A DNA stretch of 64,000 nucleotides from Malacoraja senta (lineage: Eukaryota): positions 175,212,001-175,276,000 of the forward strand of contig CM075978.1 in NCBI GenBank assembly GCA_038087875.1, in the 5' to 3' direction. This document shows, one piece after another, positions 48,990 through 62,032 of this stretch; the stretch's first letter is position 1; each line of letters opens with the position of its first letter. The position numbers were made by a program, and so were the translations under genes. The notes below the pieces were generated by a model. It saw only the letters and a program-made list of their open reading frames with translations. It was not told the DNA's origin and did no database searches.

Positions 48990-49260
48990 CGATTAGACCA
49001 CTTGAGGAGCATTATGTGCAATTCAGGTCGACAGGGTTGGTCTGCTTTCGCTGGAGATAGTGCAGAGGCGATTCAGTAGTTTGTAACTTAAATTAGAACA
49101 CTTTAGTTATGGGGTGAAATTTGATAGAATTGGCATGTATACCTCAAGCGTATGAGGCTGAGTGGCGACCTGCTACACGTATGTCAAATTCTTGAAGGAA
49201 TAGACAGTGACGATAGTCAGAATAGTTTTCCAATTCAAGCCATATAAGAATCAAGAAGGC
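48990..49260 (+). mobile_element. Highly degenerate CR1 fragment
   Basis: ..agaccacttgaggagcattatgtgcaattc.. (RPHLE..VQF). Confidence 0.45.
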
Positions 49261-50699
49261 AGAGACAATATGCAACACTGACAATCAAGAAGTAAAACGG
49301 ATTTATTGATTCACAGAGAATTAACAGCAAAAATAATTACCACAATATATTGGTATAATATATAGGTATAGCACGGAAATGTTTCACCCACAACAAAAAG
49401 ATGACGTCCGTGTTGCGACAATTCAATTGACGAAGAAACACCGACTCGTATCGACTGTACATGTCCCACTCGTAGTAAAAAAAAACGTTTGTACCCGGCT
49501 TCTACTCGTGCCGATTAAGTCACTGACCCAAGACCAACATGAGCGGTCAACCTGAAGAGTCCATTTTTAATTAGTAGGCATTTGCAACATTTACTGTTCG
49601 ATAAGATATGACCCCTGAGTACAAAAACATCTCCACATCAGTTCACATACAGATCTTTACGTTAGTTAATGGGCAATTTGTATGATCTGAAAAAGGAATA
49701 CTAATGGCTAATTCATAACTGGGACTGTCACTGGGCCGATTGGGTACAAGAGAGCAATTTTTTAGTCAGTAAGAGCTTGAAATAATCCATATTGTGTGCA
49801 GAATATTCGACTAAATTTGCGTATTTTAACCTATAAGGAATGCATGGATCCATAAATAAACGGAACTCCCAGCGATAATACCTGAATATTCCAATGCACT
49901 GGAAAATATGGCTACCTTGACGCTACTCAACATTCCTGCGAATTTTGCAGTGTAAAACAGATTACAATTTAACAATTTGGTTGATGTTTCCTGTATTGAT
50001 ATCCATTTCTTCAGCCATGCGTTCAGGTCGACCATGTATTGTCTGTAAAATAGTGTTTCATAACATCGTCATCAATTCATTTCAGCTTTTGCTTTAAGAG
50101 CTGTCCCTCAGTAACTACGCCACCAAAATAAATGCAACATTTTAATTGATAGACATACTCATTCAATGGAATACAAGATATTAGACAGCCACATGGTCTT
50201 CGCCACTGATCATTTCCAACTGAATTGTGCGTTTATTTCCATCTATGATATAATTTGTCATGTTTAAAAGAAGTGTTTCCGTCCACAATCTGCACATTTC
50301 AAGACAATGCATTCCGTTACACTGAATTGAAAATAAATCTCCTATCTCATCTCTCGAACAATGTATTGGTAAATTATCATTGATCAGCTTGTTTTCATAT
50401 TGTTTAATTCCTTTCTTCTTATAATTAATTCAGCATTTCGTGACTAAGAAATTATGAGGTTTTAGCTTTTAGCCGTCTACTACTGTATAAATCATCTTCT
50501 TGGTGCTTCATGTCGAGAATAATTGAATCTACGAGAGAGAAAACATGCTATTTGGCCGATCTTATCCATACTGGTCATCAACCAGCTCTCTGTACTTCAC
50601 CATCCCCAGCATCCTCACAATTTAAAGCATCAACATTAGGCATTTCCTCAAGATGTTGGCATCTATCGTCTAGGCTCCCAACCATCAGGTACATGCCGT

Positions 50700-51060
50700 C
50701 TCACGCCTCTACCATTCTGCAGGAAGCGCAGAGGCCTAAAACCCCACGCCGCCAGGTTCAGGAACAGGCACTTTCCTACAACCATAAGGATTTTGAAGTA
50801 GCCTGCTCAATCCTTATTCTACCTCAACAATAAAACACGATGGCACAACTATGAGCTTGTTTTTTTAAAGTGTGTTTTGCAATAATTTCTTGTTTTCTGC
50901 CACACTGCCATACGTAGCAGAAGTTACGTATAACTTAAGTATAATTATGTATGTCATGTTGTAGTATGCTGCCTGATTCTTGATGCCGGTGATGCTGCTG
51001 CGAGCAAGGTTGTCATTCTACTTCTACCTAGCCATACTTGTAAAAATGACAATAAACGCG
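50700..51060 (+). mobile_element. Degenerate Rex1/Babar-type 3' end
   Basis: ..aggttcaggaacagg.. and ..tacttgtaaaaatgacaataaac tail. Confidence 0.5.
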
Positions 51061-51479
51061 AATTCAGTCCATTTGACACCATGAAATCTTTCCTCCATTT
51101 CAAAGCAGGTAAAGTATATATTAAAAAAATCAATTCCATTTGTCTGGATAAGTTCCAGTAACTCTACGGAAACTTGACATAATTCCGGAAAAAGTAGTCT
51201 CAGCGACACCAGCCCATCGCCCTACGCACATTTCTTCCAATGCTAGAAGGGCACTATGGAAACACTGCTACCTGCAGGTTCCTGTCAAGGTCACAAACCA
51301 CATAGAGGTTTTTTCATTAGTCCTTCATCGTCATTGGGACTACATTTCTGGACTGCCTCCCGATAGCAGCGCGAGTCTAGCAAGTAGATTGCAGAAGTTC
51401 AAGGATGCGGCTATTATGATCTTCTCAATCGCCGTTAGGAATGACTTGGCTTGGCCGAGGACGACGAAATCCATCCAAA

Positions 51480-54275
51480 ATAATCGAAGCAAAGACCGAG
51501 CGAAAGAGCCAATGTTGGCGGTTCTATCTACATGTTCTCGATTTCATTCTATTGGTTGTAGCTGGGGGGAGGAGGGGGGTAGGGGCTGACAAATTGGGAG
51601 TATAAGGGTGGAGTTAAAGGGGAAGAGAGTACAGGAAAGACGAATTAATGGGACGGAAAGTTCTAGAAGGGATAAGAGAGTAAGGTCATGTGAAATAGGA
51701 ACCGGCGTGAGAGGGGAGGTGAATAACGAATTGAAAGTGTTATATATGAATGTGCGAAATATAAGAAATAAAGTGGATGAGCTTGAGTTAGAAGTTGGTA
51801 AGTATGATATTGTGGGAATTGCAGAGACATCGCTGCAAGAGGGTCAGAGCTGGGAACCGAATATTCAGAGGTATACGTCCTATCGAAAAGACAGACAGGT
51901 GGGCAGATGGTGTGGGGTAGCACTGTTGGCACGGAATTATATTCAGTCCCTTGCAAGGGATGACATAGAATCAGAAGATGTAGAGTGAATAGAACTGAGA
52001 AATTGTCCCCCAAAAAACCCTAAGGGGAGTTATCCACAAGCCCCCAAACAGTAGCCTGGATATAGGGTGCAAGTTGCATCAGGAGTTAAAATTGGCATGT
52101 AACAAAGGTAATGCTACGTTGGTTATGGGAGATTTCAACATGCAGGTAGACTGAGAAAATCAGGTTGGTACTGGAACCCAAGAAATTGAGTTTGTAGAGT
52201 GCCCCTGAGATAGATTCTTAGAGCAGCTTGTACTGGAGCCTATCAGGGAGAAGGCAATACTGGATGTAGTGTTGTGTAATGAACCGGATTTGATAAGGGA
52301 ATTCAAGGTAAGGAACCATTAGGAGGTAGTGACCATAATATGATGTTTTAATCTGCAATGTGAGAGGGAGAATGTAAAATCGGAACTGTCAGTATTGTAG
52401 TTGAACAAAGGGGACTATGGAGGCATGAGGGAGGAGCTGGCCAAAGTTGACTGGAAAGGCAGCCGAGCAGGAATGACAGTGGTACACCAATGACAGCTAT
52501 TTCTGGGAACAATCCAGAAGCTGCAGGATCATTTCATTCCAATGAAGAAGAAAGATTCTAAGGGGAGTAAGAGGCGACCGTGGTTGACAAGGGAAGTCAA
52601 GGACAGTGTAAAAATAATAAGAAAAGGCGTATAACAGAGCAAAGATGAGCGGGAGACCAAAGGATTGGGAAACTTTTAAAGATCAACAGAAGGTAAATAA
52701 AAAGGCAATACAGGGAGAAAAGATAAGCACGAAGGTAAGCTCGCCAAGAATAGAAAGGAGGACAGTAAAACATATTTAGGTATGTGACGAGGAATAAAAT
52801 AGTTAAGACAAATATGGGTCCCTTGAAGACAGAAACAAGGGGAACAAGGGAATGGCAGACGAGTTGAACAGGTACTTTGGTTCTGTCTTCACTCAGGAAG
52901 CCACAAACAATCATCCCAGATGTACTAGGGGACAGAGGACCTTGGGTGATGGAGGAACTGAAGGACATTCACATCAGTCAGGCAATGGTGTTGGGTAGAC
53001 TGGTGGGATTGAAGGCTTATAAATCCCCAAGGCATGATGGTCTACATCTCAGGGTATTCAAGGAGGTGCCTCTAGAAATCGTGGATGCATTGGTGATCAT
53101 TTTCCAATGTTCCATAGATTCTGGATCAGTTTCTGTGGATTGGAGGGTAGCTAATGTTATCCCATTTTTTAAGAAAGGAGGGAGAGAAAATGCAGAGGAT
53201 TATAGACCAGTTAGCCTGACATCGATGGTGGGGAAGAGCACTGGAGTCGATTACTAAATATGTAATTGTGGTGCACTTGGATAGTAGTAACAGGATCGGT
53301 CCGAGTCAGCATGGATTTACGAGGGGGAAATCATGCTTGACTAATCTTCTGGAATTTTTTGACGATGTAACACGTAAAATGTTCAAGGGAGAAATATTAA
53401 TGATTTAGATGAAGGAATTAAAAGTAGCATTAGCAAATTTGCAGATGACACAAGTCTGGGTTGCAGTGTAAACTGTGAAGAGGATGCTATGAGGATTCAG
53501 GGTGACTTGGACAGGTTGGGTGAGTGGGCAGATGCATGGCAAATGCAGTATAATGTCGATAAATGCAAGGTTATCTACTGGTGGCAAGAAGAGGAAGGCA
53601 GATTATTATCTGAATGATGTCAGGTTAGGAAAAGGGGAGTACAACGAGACCTAGGTGTCCTTGTACATCAGTCACTGAAAGTAAGCATGCAGGTACAGCA
53701 GGCAGTGAAGAAAGCCAATGGCATGTTGGCCTTCATAACAATAGGAGTTGAGTATATGAGCAAAGAGGTCCTTCTGCAGTTGTACAGGGCCCTGATGAGA
53801 CCACACCTGGAGTAGTGTGTGCAGTTTTGGTCTCCTAATTTGAGGAAGGACATTCTTGCTGTTGAGGGAGTGCAGCTTAGGTTCATGAGGTTAATTCACA
53901 GGATGGCGCGACTGGAGCGGCTGGGCTTGTATTCACTGGAATTTAGAAGGATGAGAGAGGATCTTGTAGAAACATATAGAATTATTAAGGGATTTGACAC
54001 GCTAGATGCAGGAAACATTTTCCCGATGTTGGGGGAGTCCAGAACCAGGGACCACAGTTTAAGAATAAGGGGTAAGCTATCTAGAACTGAGATGAGGAAA
54101 AACCATTTCACCCAGAGGGCTGTGAATTTGTGGAATTGGAGGCAGTGGAGGCCGATTCATTGGATGCATTCAAAAGAGAGCGAGATAGAGCTCTTTGGAT
54201 CATCAGCCATGATCACATTGAATGGAGGTGCTGGCTCGGGGGACCGAATGGCCTACTACTGCACCTATTGTCCAT
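51480..54275 (+). mobile_element. Older CR1 covering the ORF2 start (APE) to the 3'UTR, with many stops and deletions
   Basis: LKVLYMNVRNIRNKVDELE at 51608-51988; RT pieces 52877-53257 and 53819-54295. Confidence 0.9.
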
Positions 54276-54279
54276 GTAA

Positions 54280-56364
54280 GGTTGAAAGGAAATAGTAAAA
54301 ATTGGAAAGAGCCATGGTTATCAAGGGAAATTGGACACTTGGTTCGGAAAAAGAGAGACATCTACAATAATTATAGGCAGCATGGAGTAAATGAGGTGCT
54401 TGAGGAGTATCAAGAATGTAAAAAGAATATTAAGAAAGAAATTAGAAAAGCTAAAAGAAGATATGAGGTTGCTTTGGCAAGTAAAGTGAAAGTAAATCCA
54501 AAGGGTTTCTACAGCTATATTAATAGCAAAACGATAACAAGAAATAAAATTGGTCCATTAGAGAGTCAGAGTGGACAGCTATCTGCAGAGCCAAAAGAGA
54601 TGGGGGAGATATTGAACAATTTCTTTTCTTCGGTATTCACCAAGGAGAAGGATATGGAATTATGTGAGGTAAGCGAAACGAGCAGAGTAGCAATGGAAAC
54701 TGTGAGATTCAAAGAAGAGGAGGTGCGGACACTTTTGAAATATATGAAAACGGATAAGTCAGGTCCTGACAGGATATTCCCTAGGACATTGAGGGAAGTT
54801 AGTGTAGAAATAGCAGGGGCTATGACAGAAATATTTCAAATGTCATTAGAAACGGGAATAGTGCCGGAGGATTGGCGTACTGCGCATGTTGTTCCGTTGT
54901 TTAAAAAGGGTTATAAGAGTAAACCTAGCAATTATAGACCTGTTAGTTTGACGTCAGTGGTGGGCAAATTAATGGAAAGGATACGTAAAGATAATGTATA
55001 TAAGCATCTGGATAAGCAGGTTCTGATTAGGAACAGTCAACATGGATTTGTGCCTGGAAGGTCATGCTTGACTAATCTTCTTGAATTTTTCGAAGAGGTT
55101 ACTAGGGAAATTGATGAGGGTAAAGCAGTGGATGTTGTCTATCTGGACTTTAGTAAGGCCTCTGACAAGGTTCCTCATGGAAGGTTGGTTAAGAAGGTTC
55201 AATTGTTGGGTATTAATGGTGGAGTAGCAAGATGGATTCAACAGTGGCTGAATGGGAGATGCCAGAGAGTAATGGTGGATGGCTGTTTGTCAGGTTGGAG
55301 GCCGGTGACCAGTGGGGTGCCTCAGGGGTCGGTGTTGGGTCCATTGTTGTTTGTCATGTACATCAATGATCTGGATGATGGTGTGGAAAATTGGATTAGT
55401 AAGTATGCAGATGATACTAAGATAGGTGGTGTTGTCGATAATGAAGAAGATTTTCAAAGTCTACAGAGAGATTTAGGCCATTTGGAAGAGTGGGCTGAAA
55501 GATGGCAGATGGAGTTTAATGCTGACAAATGTGAGGTGCTACATCTCGGCAGGACAAATCAAAATAGGACGTACATGGTAAGTGGTAGCGAATTGAGGAA
55601 TGCAGTTGAACAGAGGGATCTAGGAATAACTGTGCATAGTTTCCTGAAGGTGGAATCTCATGTAGATAGGGTGGTAAAGAAAGCTTTTGGTGTGCTGGCC
55701 TTTATAAATCAGAGCATTGAATATAGAAGTTGGGATGTAATGTTAAAATTGTACAAGGCATTGGTGAGGCCAATTCTGGAGTATGGAGTACAATTTTGGT
55801 CGGCTAATTATAGGAAGGATGTCAACAAAATAGAGAGAGTACAGAGGAGATTTACTAGAATGTTGCCTGGGTTTCAGCAACTAAGTTACAGAGAAAGGTT
55901 GAACAAGTTAGGTCTTTATTCTTTGGAGTGCAGAAGGTTAAGAGGGGACTTGATAGAGGTCTTTAAAATTATGAGCGGGTTAGACAGAGTGGACGTGGAT
56001 AAGCTTTTCCCATTGAGAGTAGGGAAGATTCAAACAAGGGGACATGACTTGAGAATTAAGGGACAGAAGTTTAGGGGTAACATTAGTGGGAACTTCTTTA
56101 CTCAGAGAGTGGAAGCTGTGTGGAATGAGCTTCCAGTGGAAGTGGTGGAGGCAGGTTCGATGTTATCCTTTAAAAATAGATTGGATGGGTATATGGACGG
56201 GAAAGGAATGGAGGGTTATGGTGTGAGTGCAGGTAGATGGGACTAGGGAAGTAAAATTAAAAAAATTAAAATTAAAAAAATTAAAAGTGTTCGGCACTGA
56301 CTTGAAGGGCCGAGATGGCCTGTTTCCGTGCTGTTATGGTTATATGGGTATATGGTTATATGGT
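54280..56364 (+). mobile_element. Young 5'-truncated CR1 with an uninterrupted RT-containing frame to its natural stop
   Basis: ORF 54222-56246 (674 aa; first residues come from the flanking element); YRPVSLTS, QHGF, PQGSVLGP, KYADD; (GTTATATG)n tail. Confidence 0.95.
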
Positions 56365-56471
56365 ATCTATTCATGTATGTAACGACAGACTACCTTACAT
56401 AGATAATTGGTTAACATGTATTCATCTTTGATTCGTGAGTTATTCCATTAATTGGCTCTTGTTACACTTAC

Positions 56472-56582
56472 CTGGGCATATACCGTGCTTTCTTCAACAT
56501 ATCTGCATTTAGTTGATGCCTTTAGACCAGCGATGTTTAGAGTAGTATACGTTAACTTTGGATCACATTCGGATTGCACTGT
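56472..56582 (-). CDS. Gene B second 111-nt cytoplasmic exon (TVQSECDPKLTYTTLNIAGLKASTKCRYVEESTVYAQ)
   Basis: ataactttcag acceptor, CAG/gtaagt donor; ITIM LTYTTL, TVYAQ ITSM start; read-through gives VSVTRAN* (TAA 56450-56448). Confidence 0.83.
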
Positions 56583-59500
56583 CTGAAAGTTATCACAATT
56601 TGTTATAATTATTACATCAATCAACATATTTCCAAAAATACACCACCGCCGCCAGTAACGGACATTGTAAATTATATCAAAATATCAAATGTCTTTATTA
56701 ATATGAAAAATGTTATTATATTAATATTATATTTTCTTCTGCGAAAGAACAAATTAATTCATTTATCGCTGCTCTGGGTTGCCCAGTGATCATTGGCTAA
56801 ACATAAGACTATGCATTAGCATCTAGCCAAACAAAATATACTGCTAAGTAGGGCGATTTAATTTTTTTTAATGTTCCTGCGTGGAAATAGTTGCTGAAGG
56901 CCTCATCTGCATCATTTCCCAATGTTGATCGGATTGGAAGTAAATGTTCTCTCTTGTGTCTTTAAATTCAACTAGCTATGGTTTATTTGAACGGGGGCGC
57001 CTTCTCTTACTGGTCCCCGTTTTGTGCATTTAAGTGTTATATTTTATTTATTTGGCCACAGACTCGTTTGCCAGCCTTCTGTCTGCACTTTATTTAATGC
57101 TCACTTGGGTTTCATTTTCCCTTTCTTTAAGCTTCTCTGCTGTGTCATCGAAAAATGCAAGCGAGAGAAATACATTTTCTATTTACCATTTTCTGATGGT
57201 TCTCAAATTTATCATTTCAAACATTTTCCAATACCGAATATCCTTACTTGTTTATTCGCCATTTAGAGCATCAAACTATTGGGCATGGTAACCAGGCCAC
57301 AATTGGAAACTTATTTTATTCTTACTGTCATGGAGTGGCCCATGGAAACACTAATTTCCATTCTAAATTTGACTTTATTTTGTATTGCACCACTGTTGAC
57401 TTAGCCACCAGAACTGATTTTCCTGCCGACTTTCATTTAATGTGAAACTCAATGAAACTCAATGAACGAAATTAAACTGCCATGATACATTTTCATTATT
57501 AGTGGATGTATCTGGACTGACATGCAGGAGATTCACAATTGTGTAGGTGCAATTCGGATACAAAATTACAGGCTCACACCCCCTAGCCAGGAAGAGAAGG
57601 GACATTACAGATGTAATAATTGGGACCAACCCCATTCATGTAAGGGAATATGCGGGGCTCCCTATTACATGCCGCAGAGAAAATAATGAGAACAGTCCTC
57701 AAACACTTCTAATTAAAAAGCTACACGACAACTATTAACGAGGATTGCGTATGAAAAGTTATTTTCAGTTTTAACTACCCTCGCAAATGGTCCCCAGTTT
57801 ACATTACCTACAAAATGAAACCCACGAATCTAACATTCATAAGAGCACCAAACCCACAAAGATTGCATGGTAACCATAGCAACTTTCTCAATCTTTTCAG
57901 TCTCCGTGCTTCACATCACCTCCCACAAGTCCCCTTCAGCTGGGATGCCCGAGCTTTGCAAAACATCCGACAACTGTCACTGAGGGGTCTTGAGAATTCT
58001 GCAGTAAATGCAATCCAACTCGCTACCTGATGTTATTTCTGAATGGTCAAATAATAACAGTGATATTTAGATCCATTTCAGGTGTGACAGCACAGGCTTT
58101 GAAGTAAAGACTAGGCCTTGAACCAGGCTTTATTTTCCCCCGAAACTCCAAAAAGCCATGATTTGAGAAATGATCGACCTACACAGACAAAGCGCACGCG
58201 TGGAGAAGTATGCTATCAATTAAATCTCCATGAAATCATCAAACCCCCCAGGCAGTGAGCAAAGCAATATCAGCGTCCACACTCAGGCTAACGCCCGGAA
58301 CTTAAACAAAAATAAACAATAGCGTCAGGAGTGCCTTCTAGTGTCTCTACTGCAGTGTTGAAATATTACCACTAATCTTTATCTCGTGTGCTTTGCAGTC
58401 AAAGAGTCGGACAGCGCAAAAATGGATCCTTCTGCCACGGTGATAATACCAAACTTATGCCCATCTATACTTATGGCCAGTTTCTGAACTTATTGCCCGT
58501 GGATGTATCTGTATAAAAGCCGTTTAAACGTAGCAATTGTATCCGATTCTAGCACTTCCCCTGACAGCGTGTTACAGATATCAAACACACTACACTGTAC
58601 ATAAAAAACTTACCATGCAGTAATCTCAAATGCATTGCTTGCCTAATATAATAATGATATCATATCTTGTCAGATTATTCATTGTGTCTGGGTTGTCCGT
58701 TGTTACATCATGTTGCAGGGATCAGTCTTTATTCATAATGCTATCCCTGCAATTATGCTATATCATTATGAGATTGCAAACCCTGATTCTAAGCAACCAA
58801 ATCAGGATAAATATGAACACCTATTTGTCGGCCTCTAAAATGTTGCAGCTTTTTGTAAAGAAGAAGAAGAAGAAGAAGTTTTTTGTGAACATCCTTTATT
58901 CTCTCTTCTCCAATATGTGTTCCTAACATCTCCCCATGTAGCAAAACCAGTCACCGCAAAGATCAATCAGGCGAATGTTCCCTGCACTATTTCTATCACG
59001 GGTATATTCCAATTACAGTATCATTGGGTTCTGTATAATTGGAGTCATGTGGTTCACTGGTTGTTATTGCTCCAGATGAACTATCCGAGAGCGTTACTAT
59101 CACCACAGGAAATATTCTGGGCTGTATCAAAGGCTCATACATGATAAATTGCTCATAAATGACCTTCCGTCCATCTTAAATCACATCTGAGGTGTTCACT
59201 GAATGTTTGCACCATATTCTGTTCCGCTTGCATATTCTCAGAAATTCAAATAGTCCATCCCTGTTGGCAATTTCACGACCGGATAGACTAAAGGTGTTGG
59301 GTGACACCACAAAAAATGTAGTCCAACCGATTACCCTGAACTTCAGTGGCATTGCGATCACTGAATCCTCCAACATCAACTCTTTAGTACTCATCATAGA
59401 TCACAAATGTACGAGGATTAGCCTCATAAATAGTAGAGCTACAAGAGTAGGCTGTGTATCCTGCGAAAAGCTACCCAATCACTGACTCGGAAACTTTTTC

Positions 59501-62032
59501 TCATCGTCAAAGCATAATTTGGGCATGTGATAGAATGACTTTCATTTGGCAAGCTGAGTGCAGTTCCTGCAAATGTTCCAATTCCAGACACCTGACACCA
59601 TGCAGGTCTAATCAGTGCATTTGGTTCCCAACCCAGCTACCGTAAGCAGTTATTTCCTTCACCAGTGTACTATTCACTACGTAAACTGCAGCTATTCATC
59701 CCATCCATTACATAAGCGCATAGCTATCTTTTGATCTCCACGCCTAGAGAACAAAGTTTGAATGGGATCACTGCAACGTGTAGGTTCCTCTCCGAGTCAT
59801 ACACGTTCCTTACTTAGAAATTGGTTGCCAGTCCTCCCTCCTTGTTGGGTCTAAATCCCCCCAAGCTTCTACACGAAGCAATATGATAGCACCTTTATCT
59901 GAAGCACGAGAGAGATTCAAGATTGTGCCCTCTTATCACCACCTGAATTTCAGTTAGTGGTGTATTATGGATTATAGCCTTGCTTATTCACGATAAGTAA
60001 TGGGTTTTTTAATTAAAGCAAAGGCCATCAATTCTGTCGTTTCGATTAGATTTCCCCCTTTTTGAAACTGCATTTTGTTAATTGTAATTAGACAAAGCTA
60101 CGAACGAAGCACTCAGATACATCTTGAAATTACATTCAACTGTGATTCATTCGCTGCTCTGTGAAATGACGCATGTTGCACATACCTGGGTATATATTGT
60201 GCTCGGTTCTGAATATTTATCTTCGGCAGATCGCTTTGCATCAGCGATACGGAAAGCACTGTAAACAATTGCTTCATCGGGTTCCCAATGCTTAGTCTAA
60301 AAAACAGTATTTTGTTAAATTTCTTTCCTACGAATCAAAATATTTTCCATAAATTTACCACAATAGACAAAATTAAACATCGTACATTCCAGCAGCATGC
60401 CAAATTCCGAAGAAAAAAGCTATCGGAAAAGGAATGTATCGACTTGCATAGACCTTGATGACTGCTCTCCTTGAGAGGCGTGTGTACATTTGGTCTCTTT
60501 GACTGTGACGAGATCTTCCTATGATGGGGTGAGCTCAGTGAGATTTCAACAGACTGATAGACTGTGTCAAGCCTAACGTATGCATTGGGTTAAATTGAGG
60601 TAATTTCACTAAAATTTGGAAGCATGAGAAGGCAGCCAGACAATTGTTTACAAATCCACGGTATATGATGGTGTAAGGTTGTTCCCCATTGATGGCAAAA
60701 CCAGTACCAGGAACCATTGTAAAAGAATACGGGAAAAGCGATTTCAAACTGTAAAGGGGTCAGCGTTCTTCTCCAGGAGAGAAGAAAATCTCTCACAAAT
60801 CACTCGAATCCAATTTATGAAATATATTCAAAATGATGTGAACATTGTTATAATATGATAGAGAACTACAGCGCGAAACAAGTCTCAGGGATCAAGGGTT
60901 ATCGGGAGAAAGCAGGAGCGGGACAGTGAATTTGCAGGATGAGCCATGAGCGCATTGAACAACCAAGAAAGGTCGAAGGACCATATCGCTTATTCCTTCT
61001 CCTAATTCTACGTTTCTATCGCCATGCTTCCATTAAAAAACATCAAGTACACAGGTGGGCCTACAGTAGCTGTGTTTGCATTTGAAGGCATTACTGAGGA
61101 ATTTCATTTTGCTCCAATTTCATCACGCAAGTTGACGTAGAATCTTGTAATTATCCAAACGAAGGTAATAATTGGGAGGATGTCCGAGTGCTGTTTGAAC
61201 GTATCTGCAGTATTATACATATCTTACCTTCGTTGTATGCTCTGCACGTCCTTTCGATATTCTGCACGTCCCTAGAGGGAGGTAATTTAGAATAAAAAAC
61301 TTTTGGCCCATAGAAAGAATCGTAGTAGCCAGTAAATCTAGCAGCATATACATTTTTTTAACTTTTCAGTTTGTATACATGTATGTAGCAAAACTAATAT
61401 CACGATACCAATTGTTAAAAATCTACAGGATATTAGTACTCTTCGAGTTGTCGGAGCACATTCAATTACAGAATGTGTTTTTGCATCACCGACCCATTTT
61501 CTCAGACTCAACCCCTTATCCCACAACCTGCCCCAAAACACCAAGCATCTATCCTTCATGAACAAATCGGTGACTAACTCAAAAGTTAGCTTCCGAGAAA
61601 CGATGCACTCGGTGAGATGGGGCGTATGTACCACAGACCAGCTAACGCATGCAGTGTCCGATCCAATATAACTCTCCAATATTATTTTCTCCGGGATTCT
61701 CCCACTCTCCAAAGACGTACAGATTTGTAGATTAAATGGCTTGGTATAATTGTAAATTCTCCCTAGTGTGTGTACGATAGTGTGAGTATGCCGGGGGGTC
61801 GCTGGTCGGCGCCGACTCGGTGGGCCGAATCATCTGTTTCCGAGCTGTGTTTCTAACTAAAGTATTGCTGAATTTTGATTAATTCTGGTTAATTTCATAA
61901 CAATCTCGAGATCAAAAAGTTTGGGAGTCTTACCTTTACGTTTCACAATGAAAATAATGATTATAAGAGGTATCAATCCTGCTCCTATGCAACCAAAAAT
62001 CGAGTTAGGAAATGGATTATCGAGTAATGAAA
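56472..62032 (-). CDS. Gene B (partial): paralogous IgSF inhibitory receptor, TM plus cytoplasmic exons; join complement(61934..62032,61228..61271,60186..60296,56472..56582); ectodomain beyond 64000, last exon unresolved
   Basis: Canonical GT-AG boundaries, phases 1,1,0,0,0; exon sizes, phases and Tyr motifs parallel gene A. Confidence 0.82.
59170..59940 (+). mobile_element. Ancient, degenerate LINE (CR1/L2-type RT C-terminus) in a gene B intron
   Basis: PITLNFSGIAITESSNINSLVLIIDHK..INSRATRVG resembles LINE RT C-terminal regions. Confidence 0.55.
60186..60296 (-). CDS. Gene B 111-nt cytoplasmic exon (TKHWEPDEAIVYSAFRIADAKRSAEDKYSEPSTIYTQ)
   Basis: ctgttttttag acceptor, CAG/gtatgt donor; IVYSAF ITIM-like motif, TIYTQ ITSM start. 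Confidence 0.83.
60880..61020 (+). mobile_element. Degenerate CR1 3'UTR
   Basis: gggatcaagggttatcgggagaaagcagga..aaggtcgaagg..ttctcctaattcta. Confidence 0.6.
61228..61271 (-). CDS. Gene B 44-nt linker exon (GTCRISKGRAEHTTK)
   Basis: cctccctctag acceptor, AAG/gtaaga donor; phase 1 to 0. Confidence 0.8.
61735..61860 (+). mobile_element. V-SINE 3' fragment
   Basis: ..ctccctagtgtgtgtacgatagtg..gctggtcggcgccgactcggtgggccgaa..tgtttctaactaaa. Confidence 0.75.
61934..62032 (-). CDS. Gene B TM exon (xSLLDNPFPNSIFGCIGAGLIPLIIIIFIVKRK)
   Basis: ttattgtttacag acceptor, G/gtaaga donor; uncharged TM followed by KRK. Confidence 0.88.

Noticed and set aside
49826-49990. Minus-strand frame with LFYTAK and LEYSGI 22 aa apart, as a possible gene B terminal exon
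   Set aside because: First motif lacks the +3 hydrophobic residue and the only phase-0 acceptor is poor; probably chance, although not excluded.
54222-56246. Longest ORF (674 aa) as a host gene
   Set aside because: It is the RT portion of a 5'-truncated CR1; its start comes from the adjacent element.
57799-57807. Strong minus-strand acceptor (tttcattttgtag) followed by GTA ATG TAA, which would give TIYTQVM*
   Set aside because: Plausible alternative terminal exon of gene B but unsupported without cDNA; not listed as a feature.
59869-59898. Minus-strand acceptor followed by IKVLSYCFV* (would complete TIYTQI and add LxYxxV)
   Set aside because: Lies inside a decayed LINE; the match may be chance.
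61338-61712. 124-aa minus-strand ORF within gene B
   Set aside because: No recognisable domain or consistent splice signals; intronic.
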